This document shows positions 35,604 through 47,162 of a stretch of 64,000 bases of DNA, in pieces (positions within the stretch are counted from its first letter, which is position 1; every line of letters starts with the position of its first letter). The position numbers and the translations under genes were made by a program. Origin of the DNA: an uncultured Actinomycetota bacterium (GTDB lineage: Bacteria > Actinomycetota > Actinomycetes > S36-B12 > UBA10799); the NCBI GenBank assembly GCA_963733395.1, contig CAVTCZ010000005.1, positions 232,323 to 296,322 of the forward strand. Reading direction: 5' to 3'. The notes below the pieces were generated by a model that saw only the letters and a program-made list of their open reading frames with translations, made no database searches and was not told the origin of the DNA.

Positions 35604-37436
35604 ATGACGATTGCAGGAATGGAAAACCCACCCACCAGGAACAAGAAGCTCCTCGAGTGGGTCGAAGAGGTCGCGAACCTCACGCAGCCTGATCGCGTGG
35701 AGTGGTGTGACGGTTCGGACGCTGAGTGGGAGCGCCTGACTCAGGCACTCGTGGACAGCGGGACCTTCACCCGACTGAACCCCGAACTGCGACCCAACTC
35801 GTTCCTCGCCCGCTCGGACCCGTCCGACGTGGCCCGCGTGGAGGACCGCACCTACATCTGCTCGCTGCGCGAAAAGGACGCCGGTCCCACCAACAACTGG
35901 CAGGACCCCGCCGAGATGCGCACGACCCTGAAGGGGCTGTTCGCCGGCTGCATGCGCGGGCGCACGATGTACGTGATCCCGTTCTCCATGGGTCCGCTCG
36001 GCTCCCGCATCTCGCAACTGGGCGTGGAGTTGACCGACTCGCCCTACGTCGTGGTGAACATGCGGCTCATGACCCGAATGGGTCAGGCGGCTCTGGACCT
36101 CATCGGTGAGGACGGCGATTTCGTCCCGGCGCTGCACTCCGTCGGGTACCCGCTGATCGACGCCGACGGCAACGCCCGCGAGGACGTCGCGTGGCCGTGC
36201 AACGACACCAAGTACATCGTCCACTTCCCCGAGTCCCGGGAGATCTGGTCGTACGGTTCCGGCTACGGCGGCAACGCCCTGCTGGGCAAGAAGTGCTTCG
36301 CGCTGCGGATCGCCTCGGCGATGGCCCGCGACGAGGGCTGGCTGGCCGAGCACATGCTGATCCTGAAGCTCACCGCGCCGGATGGCCAGGTCAACTACCT
36401 GACGGCCGCGTTCCCGTCGGCGTGTGGCAAGACCAACCTGGCGATGCTCGAGCCCACTGTCCCCGGCTGGAAGGTCGAGACCGTCGGTGACGACATCGCC
36501 TGGATGCGCTTCGGCGACGACGGCCGGCTGTACGCGATCAACCCGGAGGCCGGCTTCTTCGGCGTCGCACCCGGCACCGGCGAGAAGACCAACGCCAACG
36601 CGGTCAAGACGCTGTGGGGCAACTGCATCTACACCAACGTCGCATTGACCGATGACGGTGACATCTGGTGGGAGGGGTTCACCGAGGAGACGCCGGCGCA
36701 TCTGATCGACTGGAAGGGCCGGGACTGGACGCCCGACTCCGACGAGCCGAGCAGTCACCCGAACGCCCGGTTCACCGCACCCGCCGCGCAGTGCCCGTCG
36801 ATCGCCGACAACTGGGAGGACCCGGCCGGTGTGCCGATCTCCGCGATCCTGTTCGGTGGCCGCCGTGCAACCAACGTGCCGCTGGTGACCGAGGCCCGCG
36901 ACTGGGCGCACGGTGTGTTCATCGGTGCCACGGTCTCGTCCGAGATGACGGCCGCTGCGGTCGGCGGCATGGGCCAACTGCGCCGCGACCCGTTCGCCAT
37001 GCTGCCGTTCTGCGGTTACAACATGGCCGACTACTGGGGGCACTGGTTGAAGATCGGTGCGAGCGCCGACGCCGACAAGCTGCCGAAGGTCTACCAGGTG
37101 AACTGGTTCCGCAAGGACGAGAACGGGAAGTTCATCTGGCCAGGGTTCGGCGAGAACAGCCGGGTGCTGGCGTGGATCATCGACAGGGTCGATGGCCGCA
37201 CCGAGGCCGAGCCGACCGCGATCGGCGGCAAGCCGAAGGAGGGTGACCTCTACGTGGACGGTCTGGACATGACCGAGGAGCAGTTGGCCGAGTTGTTCGC
37301 GGTCGACCCCGACAGTTGGCTGGCCGAGTGCGACCTCACCGAGGAGTACTTCGAGAAGTTCGGTGACAGCGTCCCGCAGTCTCTGCGCGACGAGCTCACC
37401 GCACTGCGCCAGCGGCTTGAGGCCGCCAAGGCCTGA
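35604..37436 (+). CDS. pckG: GTP-dependent phosphoenolpyruvate carboxykinase
   Basis: Intact 610-aa ORF with [43 protein letters not shown] and [19 protein letters not shown]. Confidence 0.95.
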   Translation: MTIAGMENPPTRNKKLLEWVEEVANLTQPDRVEWCDGSDAEWERLTQALVDSGTFTRLNPELRPNSFLARSDPSDVARVEDRTYICSLREKDAGPTNNWQDPAEMRTTLKGLFAGCMRGRTMYVIPFSMGPLGSRISQLGVELTDSPYVVVNMRLMTRMGQAALDLIGEDGDFVPALHSVGYPLIDADGNAREDVAWPCNDTKYIVHFPESREIWSYGSGYGGNALLGKKCFALRIASAMARDEGWLAEHMLILKLTAPDGQVNYLTAAFPSACGKTNLAMLEPTVPGWKVETVGDDIAWMRFGDDGRLYAINPEAGFFGVAPGTGEKTNANAVKTLWGNCIYTNVALTDDGDIWWEGFTEETPAHLIDWKGRDWTPDSDEPSSHPNARFTAPAAQCPSIADNWEDPAGVPISAILFGGRRATNVPLVTEARDWAHGVFIGATVSSEMTAAAVGGMGQLRRDPFAMLPFCGYNMADYWGHWLKIGASADADKLPKVYQVNWFRKDENGKFIWPGFGENSRVLAWIIDRVDGRTEAEPTAIGGKPKEGDLYVDGLDMTEEQLAELFAVDPDSWLAECDLTEEYFEKFGDSVPQSLRDELTALRQRLEAAKA

Positions 37437-37444
37437 TCACCCAC

Positions 37445-37475
37445 GCAGGGGCGTCCCGGATCGGGGCGCCCCTGC
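37445..37475. terminator. Hairpin between convergent pckG and the sulfatase gene
   Basis: 9-bp GC-rich stem gcaggggcg / cgcccctgc with a 13-nt loop, 9 nt after the pckG stop. Confidence 0.45.
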
Positions 37476-37537
37476 TGCGTGTTCCGGCGTCTCGCGAGTC
37501 GGCTTGTCGCCGGCGGGCGCCAGCCTGCGACCCGGCG

Positions 37538-39055
37538 CTACGCCCGCGTCACCTTGTCGCTGCCCGAATCCGGCAGCGGCGGTGCAGTGCCACCGCGCGC
37601 CGGACGCCACCGGGGCAGGTCGAACGTCGGCCCGAAGCCCGGTGGCGGCGGGGCGCAGGCGGCCCGTGCCAGTTGCCGCAGTTCATCGATGCGCGCGGCG
37701 TAGGCCGGGTCCCCGATCCGATTGTCCAACTCGTACGGATCCGCACGGTAGTCGTAGAACTCCTCCTCTGCGCTGCCGTAGCGGACGAACAACTCGTCGC
37801 GGGTGCGCCAGGCGCAGAACGGTGGCCGGATGACCCGGCTGGTCGATTCCGCGCCCACCATCGGGACGCCTTGGTCGTGGCGGGGGGCGAGCATGGAACT
37901 GCCGGCGCTGGTGTTGGCCAGTCCGGCCGCCTGCAGGATCGTGGCGTGGATGTCCACGTTCGCGATCGTCAAGCGGTCGTCGACGGTGCCCGTCGACCCC
38001 GCGCCCCAGCGCATCACCAGGGGTACGTTGGTGGACTTCAGATACGGGTAGCCCTTGCCGTCGAGCCGGTGCTCGCCGTGCATGTATCCGTTGTCGGAGA
38101 CATAGACGAACAGCGTCCGGTTCAGCCTGCCGCTTGCGCGGACCGCGTCGTAGATGGCCCCCACCTGGTCGTCGACGCTGCGCAGCGTGTCCATCTGTTT
38201 GGCCAGATTGATCCCCGGCGCGGCGCCCTCGACGGTCGCCGACAGCGGTTCCTGCTTGACGTAGTCGGGCTTGTCCGAGACGTCGGACTCCATCACGGAG
38301 TCGTTGAGGTAGTTCGTGGGCACCCGGCTGGACCCGCGGTACTTGCGCTGGGCGGTGAAGGGCGAATGCGGCGCATAGGGCGCGAAGACTGTGAACAGCG
38401 GTTGGTCCGGCGCCGCGTTCCGGATGTGCGCGGCGGCCTGTTGCCCGAGGAACGTGGTGGAGTACTGCTTCACGAACTCCTGCTTCGCGGTCTTCGCGGG
38501 CTGGCCGAACGGCACGGCGTCGGTGAGTCCGAAGTTGCGGTACTTGCCGCTCTGCCGGGTGGTGAAGGCTCGCCAGGTGTCCCAGCCGGGTGGGGCCGTG
38601 CCGTCGTACAGCGGTCCGTACTCATTGAGGTACTTGCCGAAGTAGGCGGTGTTGTAACCCGCGCCGTCCAGGGCGGTCGCAAGGGTCTTCTTCTCCAGCC
38701 CGGCCGCTTTGACCGCGGGGTACCCGCCGTAGCCGGTGTCGGACTCGTTGCTGTAGATCCCGGTCTGCGTGGCCAGTTGCCCGGTCAACAGGCTCGTGCG
38801 ACTCGGACAGCACAGGCTGGTCGGCACGATGGCGTTGCTGTACGTCACTCCGCGATCCATCAGCAACCGGCTGACCTGTGGCATCCCCTGCAGGGTCCCT
38901 GTGGGCTGATCGTCGGTGAGGATGATCACGACGTCCCACTCGGCGGCGGCGGTCTTCTTCTTGGTGGCCACCGCCCCGGCCATCTGGCCGGCGCCCAGGG
39001 ACGCGATGAGCAGCGTCGCCAGGACGCCGAGCATCACCGTGAGCAACCGCCGCAT
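37538..39055 (-). CDS. Secreted Cys-type sulfatase (arylsulfatase family)
   Basis: The ATG at 39055 gives MRRLLTVMLGVLATLLIASLGAG (signal). Motifs are IILTDDQ, SLCCPSRTSLLTG (the C-x-P-x-R formylglycine motif) and SDNGYMHGEH. The upstream part of ORF 37538..39946 overlaps the MFS gene and is not coding. Confidence 0.85.
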   Translation of the reverse strand: MRRLLTVMLGVLATLLIASLGAGQMAGAVATKKKTAAAEWDVVIILTDDQPTGTLQGMPQVSRLLMDRGVTYSNAIVPTSLCCPSRTSLLTGQLATQTGIYSNESDTGYGGYPAVKAAGLEKKTLATALDGAGYNTAYFGKYLNEYGPLYDGTAPPGWDTWRAFTTRQSGKYRNFGLTDAVPFGQPAKTAKQEFVKQYSTTFLGQQAAAHIRNAAPDQPLFTVFAPYAPHSPFTAQRKYRGSSRVPTNYLNDSVMESDVSDKPDYVKQEPLSATVEGAAPGINLAKQMDTLRSVDDQVGAIYDAVRASGRLNRTLFVYVSDNGYMHGEHRLDGKGYPYLKSTNVPLVMRWGAGSTGTVDDRLTIANVDIHATILQAAGLANTSAGSSMLAPRHDQGVPMVGAESTSRVIRPPFCAWRTRDELFVRYGSAEEEFYDYRADPYELDNRIGDPAYAARIDELRQLARAACAPPPPGFGPTFDLPRWRPARGGTAPPLPDSGSDKVTRA

Positions 39056-39060
39056 GGTCT

Positions 39061-40353
39061 TCAGTGTAGGTGCGGCAGCGGGATCCGGGTGGCAGCCAGT
39101 CGGACCACGGCCGCGCCGACCAGCGCCGAACAGCCGGCGACGAACCACATCGCCGACCAGTTGTGGTTGGCGATGGTGCCCAGGGTCAGCGGGCCGATGA
39201 GCAGCCCGATGGCAACGCCGGTCTGTGCCACCCCGCTGGCGGCAGCGGTCGAGGTCGGGAACCGGCGGGCCACGGCCAGGTGCTGCAGCCCGGGCCAGCC
39301 CCAGCCGAAGGCGTTGGCGACGATGAGCCCCATCACGAACAGCCCCGACGATCCTGTGGCCATCAGGAACCATCCCAGCGCTCCCAACACGCACAGCCCG
39401 GCGACCCCGACCAGCGGGTCGAACGTCCACCTGTCGGCCCCGAAGCCCGACGCGAGCCGGATGACCAGCCCGGCCAGGCCACCGGCGGCCACGAGATACC
39501 CGGCGGTCGCCTCGCTCAAGCCCACCTGCACGCCGCCCGCGGCACCCAGCGCGCCGATCGACGTGGCAGCCAGCACGGCGGCCACCAGCCCGACCACCAG
39601 CAGCCACAGGGCCGGAACCAGGTCGGCGGGGATCCGTTGCTCGCTGCGGGTCTGGGTGGCCGCCCGGTCCGGAGGCACCAACAGCATCGCGATGATCGCC
39701 GCGCCCGCGGCCATCACGTAGGCGAACCGCCACCCGACCGTCAGCGCCACCAGCGGCACCGCCAGCCCGCCGAGGAGGGTGGCCATGGGTATGCCCGACT
39801 GCTTGATCGCGAAACCCAGCCCGTACTTCTCGGGGCGCACCTGCGCGGCGACCAACGCATTGCCGGCCGGTTGGCCGATGGCGTTGCCCAGCCCGCCGAT
39901 GAGCAGGGCCACCCCCAACATCTGGATCGAGCGGCTGGCCGCGCACACCAGCAGTGCCACACTCGAGGCGCTGGTGGCCACCCAGAGACTGCGACGCACA
40001 CCGAGCCTTCGCACTTGCCTTCCCAGCGGCGCGCTGCCGAGAGTGGTGGACACCGCGAACAGTGAGGCCAGAGCACCGACCGTGGCCGGTGTGACATCGA
40101 ACTCCCGTCCGATCTGGACCGACATCGCGCCGGTGAGGAACAGGGCGAGCACCCCCATCAGGTTCACAGCGACTGCCGCAAGCACCGCACGCTGTCCGCT
40201 GGTCACGCTCCCAAGGCTATGTTCGGCGCACCGGCCGGGGTCGGGATGGTGCAATGGACGTGTGCGTGCGTCAGGTGCAGTCGTCGTGGCAGTTGCCATC
40301 GTGGTGGGCTGCCCCGCCACCGCCGAGGCGGCGGATTGGGACCTGGTGGGCAA
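39061..40353 (-). CDS. MFS transporter
   Basis: 430-aa ORF, hydrophobic throughout from ~VLAAVAVNLMGVLALFL, with about 12 helices. The true start is probably downstream of 40353, because the first ~50 aa are Pro/Thr/Ala-rich. Confidence 0.75.
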   Translation of the reverse strand: MPTRSQSAASAVAGQPTTMATATTTAPDARTRPLHHPDPGRCAEHSLGSVTSGQRAVLAAVAVNLMGVLALFLTGAMSVQIGREFDVTPATVGALASLFAVSTTLGSAPLGRQVRRLGVRRSLWVATSASSVALLVCAASRSIQMLGVALLIGGLGNAIGQPAGNALVAAQVRPEKYGLGFAIKQSGIPMATLLGGLAVPLVALTVGWRFAYVMAAGAAIIAMLLVPPDRAATQTRSEQRIPADLVPALWLLVVGLVAAVLAATSIGALGAAGGVQVGLSEATAGYLVAAGGLAGLVIRLASGFGADRWTFDPLVGVAGLCVLGALGWFLMATGSSGLFVMGLIVANAFGWGWPGLQHLAVARRFPTSTAAASGVAQTGVAIGLLIGPLTLGTIANHNWSAMWFVAGCSALVGAAVVRLAATRIPLPHLH

Positions 40354-41486
40354 GGGCCTGGTCGACAGCAGCCGACCGTGGGTGGGTCAGGTCGGCCGGC
40401 AGGCAGGGATCACATGGAGTTCTCCGAACGGCGCTCTGTACACCCGGGCGGTGCGCAAGGACGGGCGTTTGGGGGCCGACCGACACCCTCCTGAGCGGCT
40501 GGACATGGCTCAGTCCGGATCCGGTGCGGGTCGGCCGCCGCGTGGTGACCGCAGGGCTCAGGGGAGTGCCGGGTTCAGGGCTGTTCTGGCCGGGCAACGC
40601 CTTCGTCGCCGGTGATGGGAGCCCGGTTGCGGTCACGGACTCGCAGTTCGCATACGTGTCGCAGGGCCAGGATGCCGCTGCCGTCGACGGCCGACTGGTG
40701 TACGCGTACACCGACGGGGCGGCGTCCGTGCGGGTCAAGCCCGAGGCCGCGAACGAGACGCAGATCCGCTCGGGAACCGCCTACTTCCCGGCGATCGCAG
40801 CCACCGCTTCGAATGCCTGGCTGAGCTGGTACTCCGCGGACGGGCAGCAGGGCGTGCAGGTCGCGCCGGTGACCGGACTGCCGGCCGCACCGGCGATCGG
40901 CGGATCGCAGGTCGCCCCGGGTTCGGACTTCCGCAGACCCGACCAGCGGGTCGCCCTGGCCGCCCGCGGTGTGGCTGCCTGGCTGGCCTACCCGGTGGCC
41001 GACGACGTTGTCCGCGTGTGGCGTGCCGGCGATACCCGGTGGCTGGACCTGCCGACGCCGATCGGGCTGGCAGCGGTTGACCTCAGTTTCTCCGCCGATG
41101 GCCGGTTGTGGCTCGGCTACACGACCGGCAACGCGGTGTGCACCCGGCGCAGCGACGCGTTCCTCACCCGCTTCGGGGAACCCACGTGCAAGCAACTCGC
41201 GCTGCCGACCAGCGTCGCGCTTGCGGGGGGCGAGGTAGTGGCGACGTCCGCGGCCAAGGCCTGGCATGCCCGATTCTCGCCGACCCCCGCGGTCCGGCCG
41301 CGACGAACAGCGGGCACGGTTCGGGTGACCGACGCCGGCACACCGGTGGTGCGCGCCCGCGTGGTCGTGGGACAGAAGACCGTGCGCACGAATCGACGGG
41401 GTCTGGCCCGCGTCGGGCTGTGGCCGCGGGGGCAGCGGGTGGTGGTCCGGGCATCGGGCTACGAGGTCGTGCGGGTTCGCGGCTGA
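40262..41486 (+). pseudogene. Secreted hypothetical protein, one frame change
   Basis: The GTG at 40262 gives MRASGAVVVAVAIVVGCPATAEA|ADWDLVGKGLVDSS..ALYTRAVRKDGRLG in the frame of ORF 39779..40615. From ~40475 (a run of G) the continuation PTDTLLSGWTWLSPDPVRVG.. is in the frame of ORF 40254..41486. Confidence 0.5.
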
Positions 41487-41740
41487 GCGTTGGTGGTCAT
41501 TCGGATTGCTGCGGCTGGCTGTGACGACGTTGCGTCCCCCCTGCCGGTGGTTCCGCGGTTCGTGGGCAGGCGCGCGCGATTGTTGCTGTTCGGGTAGTGC
41601 GTGGGTGCTCGTGCGACGCTGAGCGGCAACGAACTGCACGAGCGGCAACAGACAGCCCGACGCCTGAGATCTGGGCACCGTAGCGGGACGGCTCGGCGAG
41701 TCGGCCACGCCGCGGGTGGTCCACCGCCGGACATGACGAA

Positions 41741-41773
41741 GGCGGCGACCCGGGCATCACCCGGACCGCCGCC
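41741..41773 (-). terminator. Imperfect hairpin downstream of arcB
   Basis: ggcggcgacccggg / cccggaccgccgcc pair at 12 of 14 positions with a 5-nt loop, 16 nt after the arcB stop on the minus strand. Confidence 0.4.
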
Positions 41774-41788
41774 CTCGTCGTGGAGCGG

Positions 41789-42796
41789 TCAGTCGCCGAT
41801 GGTGGCGACCATGATCGCCTTGATCGTGTGCAGCCGGTTCTCGGCCTGGTCGAACGCGATGTTGGCGTCGGACTCGAACACGTCGTTGGTCACCTCGAGG
41901 CCGTTGTCCATCCCGGTGGAGGCGGCGACCTCCTTGCCGACCTTGGTGTTGGTGTCGTGGAAGGCCGGCAGGCAGTGCATGAACTTGGCGTTCTTGTTGC
42001 CGGTCTTCTCCAGCGCGGCGCGGTTCACCTGGTACGGCTTGAGCAGCTTGATCCGCTCGTCCCAGACCTCCTTCGGCTCACCCATGGACACCCACACATC
42101 GGTGTGGAAGAAGTCCGAACCGGGGATGGCCTCGTCGGGGTCGTCGGTCAGCATCACTCGCGCGCCCGACTGCTCGGCGCGCTCGTGGGCCGCGTCCTGG
42201 ACCTCCTTGGACGGCCACAGGTCCTTCGGCGAGCAGATGCGCACGTCAGCGCCCATGATCGCCCCCATCACCAGCAGCGAGTTGCCCATGTTGGAGCGGG
42301 CGTCGCCCATGTAGGTGTAGGTGATCTCGGAGATCGGCTTGCCACGGCTGTGCTCGCTCATGGTGAGGAAGTCGGCCAGCATCTGGGTGGGGTGCCACTC
42401 GTCGGTCAGGCCGTTCCACACCGGGACGTCGGAGTACTCGGCGAGTTCCTCGACGTTGGTGTGTGCGCTGCCGCGGTACTCGATTCCGTCGTAGAAGCGG
42501 GACAGCACCCGTGCGGTGTCGGCGATGGACTCCTTGTGCCCCATCTGGGAGCCGCTGGGGTCCAGGTAGGTCACACCCGCACCCTGGTCGTAGGCGCCCA
42601 CCTCGAACGCACACCGGGTGCGGGTGGAGGTCTTCTCGAAGATCAGCGCAACGTTCTTGCGCTGCATCCGCTGGCGCTCGTTGCCGGTGTACTTGGCGCG
42701 CTTGAGGTCGCGGGACAGGTCGAGCAGGAACTGCAACTCCTGCGTGGTGAAGTCCAGTTCCTTGAGGAAGTCGCGGTTGCGAAGGTTGACAGGCAC
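41789..42796 (-). CDS. arcB: Ornithine carbamoyltransferase (catabolic, by context)
   Basis: The GTG at 42796 follows AAAGGAG. Motifs are [25 protein letters not shown] and [10 protein letters not shown]. It lies directly downstream of arcA. Confidence 0.85.
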   Translation of the reverse strand: MPVNLRNRDFLKELDFTTQELQFLLDLSRDLKRAKYTGNERQRMQRKNVALIFEKTSTRTRCAFEVGAYDQGAGVTYLDPSGSQMGHKESIADTARVLSRFYDGIEYRGSAHTNVEELAEYSDVPVWNGLTDEWHPTQMLADFLTMSEHSRGKPISEITYTYMGDARSNMGNSLLVMGAIMGADVRICSPKDLWPSKEVQDAAHERAEQSGARVMLTDDPDEAIPGSDFFHTDVWVSMGEPKEVWDERIKLLKPYQVNRAALEKTGNKNAKFMHCLPAFHDTNTKVGKEVAASTGMDNGLEVTNDVFESDANIAFDQAENRLHTIKAIMVATIGD

Positions 42797-42869
42797 TACA
42801 TCTCCTTTGAGGTTGGTTGGGGTTGATATGCGTGTGGGGTGACCCTGAGGCCACCCCACACGAGGACCA

Positions 42870-44099
42870 CTACGCCGGACCGCGAACGATCGGGCAGCTC
42901 ATGCAGCGCGGGCCACCCCGGCCGCGGCCGAGTTCGGAGCCCACAATGGTCACGATCTCGATGCCCTCCTTGCGCAGGAAGGTGTTCGTGGTCGTGTTGC
43001 GCTCGTACCCGAAGATGACGCCGGGCGCGACCGCCAGGAAGTTGTTGCCGTCGTCCCACTGCTCGCGCTGGGCGCCGAGCTCGTCGATCGGGGTCTTGAG
43101 CACGCGGATCTCGGGAACACCGATGGCGTCGGCGACGACCGGCCACAGATCCTCGTTCTCGGTGACCGTGAAGTCACCGCCGTCACCCACTGGCTCCAGG
43201 GTGTAGGAGCGCAGGTGGTCCGGCAGGTACGGGTAGCAGGAGAACGCGTCCTTGTCGATCATCGTCATCGCGGTGTCCAGGTGCATGAACGCGCGGGTCT
43301 TCGGCAGCTCGACGACGATGACCTTGTTGATCTGGCCCTGGCTCAACTTGAAGTACTTGCGCGCCAGGACCTCGACACCCTGCGGGGTGGTGCGCTCGCC
43401 CATGCCGATCATCACGGCACCGTTGCCGATGACCAGGATGTCGCCGCCCTCGACGGTGGCCGGCTCGTGGTGCTCGTCGTCGTTGCCGTAGTAGAAGTTC
43501 AGGCCGGCGTCGGCGAAGCGGGGGTGGAAGTTCCAGATCGTGCGCGAGTGCAGGGTCTCGCGCTTACGCGCAGGCTTGGCCATGGGGTTGACCGAGAGCC
43601 CGTCGTAGCAGAAGGCCGTGTTGTCGCGCTGGAACAGGTGGTTCGGCAACGGCGTCAGGATGAAGTCGTAGTCGTCCAGGTAGCTCCACAGCAGGCTCTG
43701 GGTGTGGGGCAGGTGCAGATCCTTCTTGAGCACGCCACCGATCATCACCTCGGACAGCAACTCGGCGTCCTGCTGCATCACCAGTTCCGACAGCGGCTCG
43801 TCCAGAGCCGGCCCGACCTGCGTGGCGCTGGTGAGTCGCTCGTCGAGGAACTCGCGGGCACCCGGCTGGTCCAGAGCCTCTTTGAGCAAGGTCTGGAAGT
43901 GGAGGACCTCGATGCCCTTGTCCTTCAACTTCGTGGAGAAGGCATCGTGCTCCTCGCGCGCTCGGGCCGCCCACATGACGTCATCGAAAAGCAGGTCCTC
44001 GACATTGGAGGGAGTGAGACGAGCCAACTCCAGTCCCGGTCGGTGGACGATGACCGATTCGAGCTGACCCACCTCGGAGTCAACGTGATACTCAGACAT
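42870..44099 (-). CDS. arcA: Arginine deiminase
   Basis: Intact 409-aa ORF with [21 protein letters not shown] and the C-terminal catalytic [12 protein letters not shown]. Confidence 0.9.
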   Translation of the reverse strand: MSEYHVDSEVGQLESVIVHRPGLELARLTPSNVEDLLFDDVMWAARAREEHDAFSTKLKDKGIEVLHFQTLLKEALDQPGAREFLDERLTSATQVGPALDEPLSELVMQQDAELLSEVMIGGVLKKDLHLPHTQSLLWSYLDDYDFILTPLPNHLFQRDNTAFCYDGLSVNPMAKPARKRETLHSRTIWNFHPRFADAGLNFYYGNDDEHHEPATVEGGDILVIGNGAVMIGMGERTTPQGVEVLARKYFKLSQGQINKVIVVELPKTRAFMHLDTAMTMIDKDAFSCYPYLPDHLRSYTLEPVGDGGDFTVTENEDLWPVVADAIGVPEIRVLKTPIDELGAQREQWDDGNNFLAVAPGVIFGYERNTTTNTFLRKEGIEIVTIVGSELGRGRGGPRCMSCPIVRGPA

Positions 44100-44366
44100 T
44101 CACGATTCCCTTCGTGGAGATCCCGCCAGGTGCGGGCTGCCTCCGATACTGGTAAACATCTGCCGCGTATGCCATTCGGCGGCACTCCGCACCCAGAATT
44201 TGCCCTGTTCGGCGCACTCAGTTCGCCCGGATCGGGCGACTCTGGGTCGAACCAACGTCCGGAATGCGACTACGCGGGCGCCTGGCAGCGACACGGCACA
44301 CGCGTTTTTGCTAGCAATGAGGCGGCGCCTCATGCCAAGTGCATGCGACCAGATTGGGAGAAACCA

Positions 44367-46006
44367 ATGGCATCCGACACCGCACCACCGGTGGAATCCG
44401 AACCGGAGCAGAAGAAGGGCTTCAAGTTCCCGACCGCGTACACAGTGCTGTTCTTCGTGCTGTTGTTGGTCTTCGCGCTCACGTTCGTCATCAAGCCGGG
44501 GTCGTACCAGTACGTGTCCTGTGATGGCGGCAACGCCAAGCCGATCCCGGCCTCGTACGAACAGACCGACGTCAGCATGACGTTCAAGGAGCGTCTGTAC
44601 GACCTGTGGCTGTCACCGGTCAACGGCCTGTACGGCATCCGCGAGGTTTCCGCGCCGGTGGAGGAGGTGACCCCCGATCAGCAGGCGGTCGCGGATAAGA
44701 CCTGTGACGGACTACCCGCCGAACTGGTCACCGCGCCCGGGAACACCGGCCCGTACAACGAGGGCTCGCTGTTCGGCGCCGCGCAGGTGTTCTTCTTCGT
44801 CCTGGCCATCGGTGCCTTCATCACGGTGACGATCAAGACCGGAGCACTCGACGCCGGTATCGCGCGGCTGACGCACAGGTACCGAACGCGCGGGAACGCT
44901 CTGATAGTCGTTCTGATGTTGGTCTTCTCCCTCGGTGGCACGACGTACGGCATGGCAGAGGAGACATTGGGTTTCTACGCCCTGATCGTGCCCATATTCG
45001 TGGCCCTGGGGTATGACCGATTGCTCGGTGCGGTCGTCATCCTGGTCGGGGCCGGAACCGGCACCATGGCGTCCACGGTCAACCCGTTCGCCACCGGCGT
45101 CGCCTCCGATGCCGCCGGCATCGACCTGGGCAACGGCATCGTCCTGCGCGTGCTGATGTACATCGTGCTGACGGCCACGTCCATCTTCTTCGTGCTCCGG
45201 TACGCCCGGAAGATCAAGGGTCACCCGGAGAAGATGCTGGTGCCCGTTGACCGAGGAGGACGCGGCGCTCGAGATGGAGAGCGAGGGCGAGCCGCCGGAG
45301 ATGACCGGTTCGCAGAAGGTGGTCATGTGGATCTTCGGGCTGTCCTTCGTGCTGATGATCTTCTCGGTGGTCCCGTGGGCGGACCTGCCGGGACTCGGCG
45401 ACATCTCCTGGATGGAGCGGATCACGCTCTACTGGTACTTCCCCGAGTTGGCAGCGCTGTTCCTGGTCGCGGCGGTCATCATCGGCCTGGTCGGAAAGCT
45501 CGGCGAGGAGGGGATGGTCGGCGCGATCATCGCCGGCATGGGCGACTTCATCGGCCCGGCATTCATCATCGCGTTCGCCCGCGGCGTCACCGTGGTGATG
45601 AACAACGCCGGCATCACCGACACCGTGCTGCACTCGCTGGAGAGCCTGGTAACCGACCTCTCCGGTGCGGTGTTCGCGGTGATGATGTTCATCGTCAACA
45701 TCCCACTGGCCTTCCTGATCCCGTCGTCGTCCGGGCACGCCACTCTGGCGATGCCGATCCTGGCGCCGCTGGGGGACTTCGCCGGTGTGAGCCGGGCGAT
45801 CGTGGTGACCGCCTACCAGTCGGCCTCGGGATGGGTGAACCTGTTCACGCCCACCTCCGCCATCGTCATGGGTGGTCTGGCCATCGCCAAGGTCCGGTAC
45901 GACCGGTATCTGAAGTGGCTCTGGCCGCTGCTGCTGACCCTGTTCGTGCTGACCTGCCTGCTGCTGGCGCTTGGGCACCGTCGTCCCAGCCCTCGGCGGC
46001 ACGTGA
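44367..46006 (+). pseudogene. YfcC/ArcD-type (C4-dicarboxylate anaerobic carrier family) putative arginine/ornithine transporter, two frame changes
   Basis: The ATG at 44367 follows GGGAG. MASDTAPPVESEPEQKKGFKFPTAYTVLFFVLLLVF..RKIKGHPEKMLVP is in frame 1. LTEEDAALEMES..PSSSGHATLAMPILAPLGDF..LLTLFVLTCLLLA is in the frame of ORF 45247..46113. The terminal LGTVVPALGGT-stop (46004-46006) is in the third frame. The junctions are at ~45246 and ~45970. Confidence 0.7.
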
Positions 46007-46187
46007 CCGTTCACGATCCGGCGGCCCTCACCTGCACAGGCGGGCACCGCCGGCTTGGCCGCCTCGGACTTGCGTCGCGGGCCTGGCGGGGCCGCTGCAG
46101 TCGTTGCGACTGACCGTGCTCGCAGATGGGATCGCCCGCCGCGCTACTCGCGTCCCTCGGCCCGACTGACGCGGTTAGGCTGACGCC

Positions 46188-46398
46188 ATGAACGGCGCCG
46201 CGAAGAGCAACGTGCTGATGTTCCTGGCCGCGATGTGCGCAGTGGGGACAGTGTGGTTCGCGGTCAGCGCACTTGGGGCAGCGCAGTGCGCTGTTCGCGG
46301 TGATGGCCGCATTGCTGGCTGTCGCGACCGTTGTGTCCTTCCGCACGTACCGCGCGGTGCTGCGGGAGCTCGATGAGGCCGAGCGCCGCCAGACATGA
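46188..46398 (+). pseudogene. Possible small two-TM membrane protein, one frame change (weak call)
   Basis: MNGAAKSNVLMFLAAMCAVGTVWFAVSALG is followed in the +1 frame by RSALFAVMAALLAVATVVSFRTYRAVLRELDEAERRQT-stop. Both halves look like TM helices, but I recognise no family. Confidence 0.3.
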
Positions 46399-46442
46399 CG
46401 AAACGCCGCCCGCGACGTGCGGACGGCGTTCGGTCGACAGTT

Positions 46443-46817
46443 CTAGGAGACCACGCCCAAGGCACCCGGGGACACGGCTTCGGAGATCTCAACGGCGGCC
46501 GCGACGGCGCCCTCGCCGCGCTGGCGGGGGAACTGGGCCAGCGCGATCCGCACGTACACACGCTCGCGCTCTTCCTCGGTCAACCCACCCCAGACGCCGT
46601 AGGGCTCGCGGGCGCGGATCGCATAGTCGGCGCAGTCGATGCGGACATCGCAGTTGGCGCATACGGCCTTGGCTGCGCGGTCGCGTCGAAGGCGGGCCAG
46701 GCCGCGCTCGTTCTGCGGGTGGAAGAAAAGTTCCGGATCGGCCTCCCGACAGGAACCGACCTCCTGCCAATCCCAGGTGGCATCGGCCGGTACTTGTGAC
46801 AGAGGTTGCTGCGGCAT
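46443..46817 (-). CDS. whiB3: WhiB-family Fe-S redox-sensing transcription factor (WhiB3/WhiD-like)
   Basis: The pattern W.WQ..G.C(x)..ELFFHP..ERG.AR..R...AK..C..C.V...C......EPYGVWGGLTEEER matches the WhiB3/WhiD subfamily as I recall it. Four Cys residues and the GVWGG turn are present. Confidence 0.8.
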   Translation of the reverse strand: MPQQPLSQVPADATWDWQEVGSCREADPELFFHPQNERGLARLRRDRAAKAVCANCDVRIDCADYAIRAREPYGVWGGLTEEERERVYVRIALAQFPRQRGEGAVAAAVEISEAVSPGALGVVS

Positions 46818-47162
46818 GTCTTCTCCAATCAGCCGGTCCTTACCCGGCGACGGCCGCTCCCACGTTGTGCGAGCGGATTCCCACCTCGTGCTCCACGTCC
46901 CCCGTTCAGAGGAATCGGTGAGCAGTAACCACGACTTGAACGCTACTCACAGTGAGCGGTTGCGGCATCGTTCGTTCGGGTGATCTGCGCCTCAACCGTT
47001 CGATGGCATTATGCGCAGAGTAATCGCCCCCGCGTCAAGTCTCGGCCAGTTATGGGTGTCTTATCCCGATCCGGACACATAGCGTCACGTCATCCAATGG
47101 TCGGTGGGCTCGGAGCCGTCGAAGATCGTATTCACGCTGCGTTATACCGGCCCCCGCAACGA

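Noticed and set aside
44308-44333. ARG-box or ArcR operator in the arcA/arcD divergent region
   Set aside because: The palindromes present (TTGCTAGCAA and ATGAGGC-N3-GCCTCAT) do not match the AT-rich ARG-box consensus I know. I mention them under the ADI finding only as unassigned inverted repeats.
46981-46998. Second CRP-like sequence GGTGATCTGCGCCTCAAC in the whiB3/DUF3039 intergenic, a near direct repeat of the 47163 box
   Set aside because: The extra base changes the half-site spacing to N7/N8, and the right half-site becomes CTCAA/TCAAC. It does not fit TGTGA-N6-TCACA.
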